Below are positions 8,347 through 12,884 of a DNA stretch of 12,884 nt, in pieces. The notes under the pieces were generated by a model. The model ran no database searches. It was given only the letters and a program-made list of their open reading frames with translations, and was not told the DNA's origin. Made by a program: the position numbers and the translations under genes. Positions within the stretch are counted from its first letter, which is position 1, and every line of letters starts with the position of its first letter. This DNA is from Octopus sinensis (Eukaryota). Location: NCBI RefSeq assembly GCF_006345805.1, contig NW_021826456.1, positions 1 through 12,884 of the forward strand, written 5' to 3'.

Positions 8347-8694
8347 GGTGCCGAGCTTGTAGAATCGTTAGCATGCCGGGCGAAACGCTTAGCGGTATTT
8401 CGTCCGTCTTTACGTTCTGAATTCAAAACCACTTTAGCTTTCATTCCTTTGGTGTCGACTTTTCCTTTCATAAGTACCAGTGGAACACATGGGTCGATGT
8501 AACTAGAAACATGTCGTTTGGCCCAAAGCTATAGTAAAAGAAATTGAAGTACTAAGCAAGGTACGACTCAATGTGATTGAATCCAGAAACATTTGTTTGG
8601 GATGCTAACTTTTTACCACTCACCCACGCCTGTACTTATATAAATACATACATACATGTTGCTGGCCTTGTTCTAAAATTTGAAACCAATATTA
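8347..8694 (+). mobile_element. tRNA-derived SINE, family B, copy 2, interrupted by a 157-bp insert
   Basis: Aligns with copy 1 up to gggtcgatgt (8500) and resumes at gctggccttg..aaaatttgaaacc (~8660). Confidence 0.85.
8501..8657. repeat. 157-bp duplicate of 3527-3683
   Basis: Same orientation, one mismatch. Confidence 0.92.
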
Positions 8695-8874
8695 AGCCAA
8701 TATTTGCAATGAGACTTAGTGTAGTGGATTCTTGCCCATATATCGCAATGCCAAATGAATGATTTCGAAACAGTAAAAGTGAGGTTGATACTCTGGTACC
8801 ATATTGACTCAAACACTAACAATTCTCCCAATATATCCACGTATGTATTATAAACCATGTATTGTAGATTTTAT

Positions 8875-8890
8875 ACAGTGACGTCACTGT
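8875..8890. promoter_or_regulatory. 16-bp perfect palindrome containing a full CRE (TGACGTCA)
   Basis: acagtgacgtcactgt is its own reverse complement. Function is unproven. Confidence 0.3.
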
Positions 8891-10183
8891 TTTCTTGCCT
8901 GACAATGATCGAGTGGAATCCAATGCATTAATTATGGACAACATTTAGAATATTATTAAATATATACGTTTTGCCTGTCTTGTCTGTCAGTCGAACCGGC
9001 TCGGTCTTATTTACTATTCTCCATGTGTGTGTGTGTGTGGGGGGGTTATATTGTGCATGTATGGGTATATGATATGTGTGTCTATTTATACGTATTTTTA
9101 TTTACATAGTGTTCACCTGTGGGTGTGGGTGTATGTGTGTGAGTGTGTGTATAAGTGTGTGTGCATGTGTGTGTGTGTCTGCGTCTGCTTCTGAGTTTAG
9201 TTACTGATTGATTAACATAAATTTTAAATTGATGCATATTTAATATTACTATTTGTTCTCTCCATTTTGGATGCGTACACATATTTTTAAATACCAGTGT
9301 GTATTAATGTGTCCATGTTCTTGTGTGCAGGTGCGCGCGTGCGAACAAATTAATGTAAAATGCATTTAGGCGCATGTATAAATACGTATATATCGACACA
9401 CACACACACGGACACACACGCGCGCACACAAACATATACTAGCATATGTGTACAATCGCTTTCACCACTGTGTCTCAATGACATCTAATATCATTATATA
9501 TATCTACCTACAACCTGTCTACTGTCAATTAGATGAGCAATATTTACAGGACACTATATCATGTAAATAGACCTCATATTAGCTAAACGACAGCTGATTG
9601 TCTTCCTTTTCGTTTATCTTTGTGTTCACAGCAGATGATTGCTTCATTTACATTCATCCTCTATATGACGTCTTTACAACAGATTCCTAGATAAAAGAGA
9701 GTGACTGGGTAGGGAGACAGAAAAGGAAAATATAAAGTAATGAATATTATCGGAATGTATGTGAATGTTGAAATATCATTGAAGCCGGTTCAGTTCGAAA
9801 AATGTACGAAAGACTATGAAATATTAAGTGGTTCGATTCTTGCCTGCAGTTTTCGTATTTGTAATCTATTTCAGAAATTAACACGCTGTGACGTCGTCCA
9901 TGTATTTAGCTGCAAATATGTAATTTGTCAGGCTTATCTCTACAAATATTCTATACAAATTATAGCTAGCACTGATTCTTGTTACGACGTTTCGTATCTG
10001 AGACGTCAGATATACACAATGAAATCGAACAATGAGTCTCTGATGCAAAACGTCTTAACAGAAAAATCAGTGCTAGCCATAATCTCTGTAGAGATAACCC
10101 GAACAAGTGACATAAAGCGCACTACTGACACTGTAGAATGAGGCATTGACATATATAAAACGTTTGAAATACTTTATAGTATA

Positions 10184-10228
10184 CTAGCAGAGATACCTGG
10201 CGTTGCTCGGGATTAAAACGGCATAATT

Positions 10229-10266
<38 letters not shown>

Positions 10267-10809
10267 CATTACAGTTATGTTAAAATACGTAATACGGGGA
10301 AGTGCAGCATTGACGACAAAACATTTGTGGAAAAAATTTTAATGCTATGCACAAACGAAAATTTGAGTTTAGCACACCATTTTTATAAGAATGACATAGA
10401 TCATATCTGAAAGCAGCTCCAGGTGTTGCGACGAACGAATAGCCAAATATAAGCAATTGTAAATACCTAGCAACTGTTAATTAAGCAGTAGATGTGTACA
10501 CGTAATTGTTTTTTGTCAAGTGTTTCACCTTCAGCCGTTCTTGTCACATATGTATATGTGAGAAGTTGCCGTCGTCGTCGTCGTGGTTTAAAATGTCCTG
10601 TATTATATTGTTATATTGTTTTAATGGAAATGAAAAACAAATTATATGTAGACACTCGTGGGGTATGATACTATTACCTTGTAAAATTTGATTTGATTTG
10701 GTGAAGCCGTTTGAGAATGCATTGAGGACAGATAGACAGTCGGAGAACAAAGAATTATATATATATATATATATATATATATTAATATATATATATATCT
10801 ATATATAGA
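10184..10809 (-). mobile_element. Non-autonomous Helitron, both ends present
   Basis: On the minus strand, 5' A|TCTATATA.. begins at 10809, followed by (TA)n and ctgtctatctgtc..caaacggcttcacc..aaatttt. The 3' end has a GC-rich imperfect hairpin cccgagcaacgccagg (10196-10211) and then CTAG|T at 10187-10184. The A|T target and lack of TSD are canonical. Confidence 0.78.
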
Positions 10810-10999
10810 TTAAGTGTATGTATTGAATATTAATTCAAGGATTAATATGTAACTGTAAATACCTTGTAACCTTGCAACTGCTGCGATTATTATTAGCTGG
10901 TAATTGAACGGTAAATATGTAAAATAAGATGGATCTTAGTGTTATCACATTATAATAAAAAGTGAAAGAATAAAAGTGAAACAATGTTATATCACATTA

Positions 11000-11224
11000 C
11001 AATACAGATCGTATTTTTTTCACTTTTGACACGTAATACCGAACCAGTCTAAAAGATTGCTCCAAGCACGCATTATGTAAGAAGCTGAAATTTTTTGGTT
11101 CATGATACTACATGGACCCTAAGTAATACATGTGCAAAATTGGAATGAAATCGGTGTGTAGTTCTCGATTTTTAGGGCTTCGCACATACACACACACACA
11201 CATTCTTAGTTTTATGTATATAGA
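11000..11224 (-). mobile_element. Second Helitron-type 5' terminus (no 3' end of its own found)
   Basis: Minus strand A|TCTATATACATAAAACTAAGAA(TG)n..GAGAACTACACACCGATTTCATTCCAATTTT has the architecture of Lep1-type non-autonomous Helitron 5' ends. The lower boundary is arbitrary. Confidence 0.62.
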
Positions 11225-11386
11225 TTGTGGTTGCATAACAAAATACTGCGTCCGTACAAGTCATTAGTAAATAGGTAAGTTTTTTGGTAGCCCATCATTT
11301 TTTTTTATTGTGGAAAGCAGTTTAAAATTGTTCGAGTCATCTGGTAGCTTGTCGCCATATTTCTCGTGAGTTAGTTCAAAATCACA

Positions 11387-11394
11387 TGACGTCA
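11387..11394. promoter_or_regulatory. Full CRE octamer TGACGTCA
   Basis: Motif match only. Confidence 0.2.
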
Positions 11395-11781
11395 AACAGG
11401 TTGATAGAATGCATGAGGACAAATCTTCTGACGATGTCCCTGTGACAAAATTTGGTTTCATTGAATAATGAGAGGGTGTGCTCTGTACTTTAAAACACAG
11501 ACTATAACAAAGCCCTGTATACACATGACGGTCATTATTAGTGCATGTTATATGTAAGTTCTATAAAACGTAAGCAATAATGGTATCTTTAACGGTATCA
11601 ATAATGGTGCAGAATATTCGTCAATATTCAAAATATTATCTAATATAATAGTAGTGAATCAGTGCAGAAGGGTTAGCCGTTATAAATACATTCCTAACTT
11701 TGAAAGTGTCACAATCAAAGCAATACGGTCGAAATTCCTCTAAATTTTATCTGCAAAAATTTGCTTCTTGTCTTTAGTATC

Positions 11782-12034
11782 AAAACTGATTATTGCCTCC
11801 TTGATTATTGCATATTCTTCATATGTTTATAACATAGATGTTATAAACATATAAACATATAAAGAATATGCAATAATCAGTTATAATCGTATATGTTTAA
11901 AACTGATTATTGCATATTCTTCATATGTTTATAACATAGATGTTATAAACATATAAACATATAAACAATATGCAATAATCAGTTTTAAACATATACGATT
12001 ATAACTGATTATTGCATATTCTTTATATGTTTAT
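11782..12034. repeat. Nested palindrome / alternating inverted repeat array
   Basis: Perfect 68-bp inverted repeat 11851-11918 / 11967-12034. Inner 15-bp hairpin 11923-11937 / 11940-11954. 79-bp direct repeat starting at 11802 and 11904 (1 mismatch). Confidence 0.93.
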
Positions 12035-12091
12035 TACAGTTGACCACCCCTCCACCTCTTTGCATTCTTGTAGAAATAAATTCTCTGCTTG

Positions 12092-12335
12092 AGGGCACAT
12101 GGCCTAGTGGTTAGGGTGTTGCATTCATGATCGCGAGGTTGTGGTTTCAATTCCTGAACAGGCTGGTGCGTTATGTTCTTGAACAAAACACTCTATCTCA
12201 CGTTGCTCTACGATCACTTCGACACCTGACGTGTGGTAAACCTTGCAACTGTTTAGTCAACGCTGATTTGATGGAGGGAGTGAGCTCATGTAGAACACAA
12301 TCATTTGGTCACTCTGAACAAATCGTTTGAGCAGG
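12092..12335 (+). mobile_element. tRNA-derived SINE, family C head with a different 3' body
   Basis: A box tggcctagtgg (12100-12110), B-box-like ggtttcaattcc (12143-12154) and CORE-like gcgttatgttcttgaacaaaacac. The head is homologous to 1729-1844 (minus). The 3' boundary is approximate. Confidence 0.8.
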
Positions 12336-12506
12336 TTCAGCAAGAATTTGCAAAAGCGTCTTTCTTGGGACTGTCGGGGATTACCATTATTATCAAATTC
12401 TTTCCTCATCTCCTTACAATTTGACTTTACTTTTTTGCAGCTTTTTCTCTTATTTTTCTCATTTTCTTTTCGTGGGCTTTCTATGATTTTCCTCATGCAT
12501 GCTACT

Positions 12507-12653
12507 ATATATAGAAATAAGAGGAGTTCATTATATAATATATATATATATATAGATAATATATATATATATATATATATCCCGATATATAGGGATAAGA
12601 GGAGTTCATTAATAGTTTCAAACTATTAATGAACGCCTCTTCAATGAACTCTT
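12507..12653. repeat. 27-bp direct repeat around a (TA)n tract plus a 45-bp near-perfect palindrome
   Basis: ataagaggagttcatta occurs at 12517 and 12595. Palindrome arms are 12597-12618 / 12620-12641, with 1 mismatch and a 1-nt centre. Confidence 0.9.
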
Positions 12654-12884
12654 CAAATAACTCGTTAAGTGGCCACGTGAAACGTTGACGATCGAAAAGC
12701 TAATGTTTTGTTGTTGTAATTATTCAAATACTATAGGACTATGGTTTCTGACAGTCTGGCCTACTTTTGCATAGATAACATAATCACAACGGAATGGGAG
12801 TGGAATATCAATCTAAATTCGGAGCCTGAAATAGCTGGTAATGTATATTGTATTAAACATACTACTGAATATGATGTTTTGTGT

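Noticed and set aside
9330-9430. Alternating purine-pyrimidine tracts (gtgcgcgcgtgc, cacgcgcgcaca) as Z-DNA elements
   Set aside because: They are short and expected as degenerate (CA)n/(TG)n derivatives in this background.
9740-10141. 133-aa plus ORF in non-repetitive DNA
   Set aside because: No recognisable motif, homology or splice context; a chance ORF of this length is plausible. BLASTp or RNA-seq could rescue it.
11264-11524. 86-aa minus ORF
   Set aside because: No recognisable domain or supporting gene structure.
11782-12034. Repeat array as CRISPR
   Set aside because: The units alternate in orientation, the spacers are inverted copies of each other rather than unique, there are no cas genes, and the context is eukaryotic.

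Overview
Eukaryotic, AT-rich, microsatellite-dense DNA made almost entirely of transposon relics. The SINE families and (TA)n/(CA)n/(CATA)n density resemble an octopus (coleoid cephalopod) genome; this is an inference, not a database match. No intact host protein-coding gene, rRNA, true tRNA or CRISPR array is supported, and most ORFs in the track are microsatellite translations. Non-LTR content: a 5'-truncated RTE-clade LINE (minus, ~3993-5647) with RT motifs and three tandem C-terminal C2H2 fingers; two fragments of a HERO/NeSL-like REL-endonuclease element (minus, ~1125-1397 and 2468-3526); and the 3' part of an R4/Dong-like REL element embedded in (CATA)n (plus, ~5903-6556). Also present are three tRNA-derived SINE families and a non-autonomous Helitron with a second upstream 5' end (10184-11224). 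The best leads are the possibly (CATA)n-targeted R4-like element, the triple-finger RTE with a short element sharing its 3' end, a 157-bp templated insertion, a local inverted duplication and two fold-back palindromes. I found no clear evidence of a new multi-gene system.
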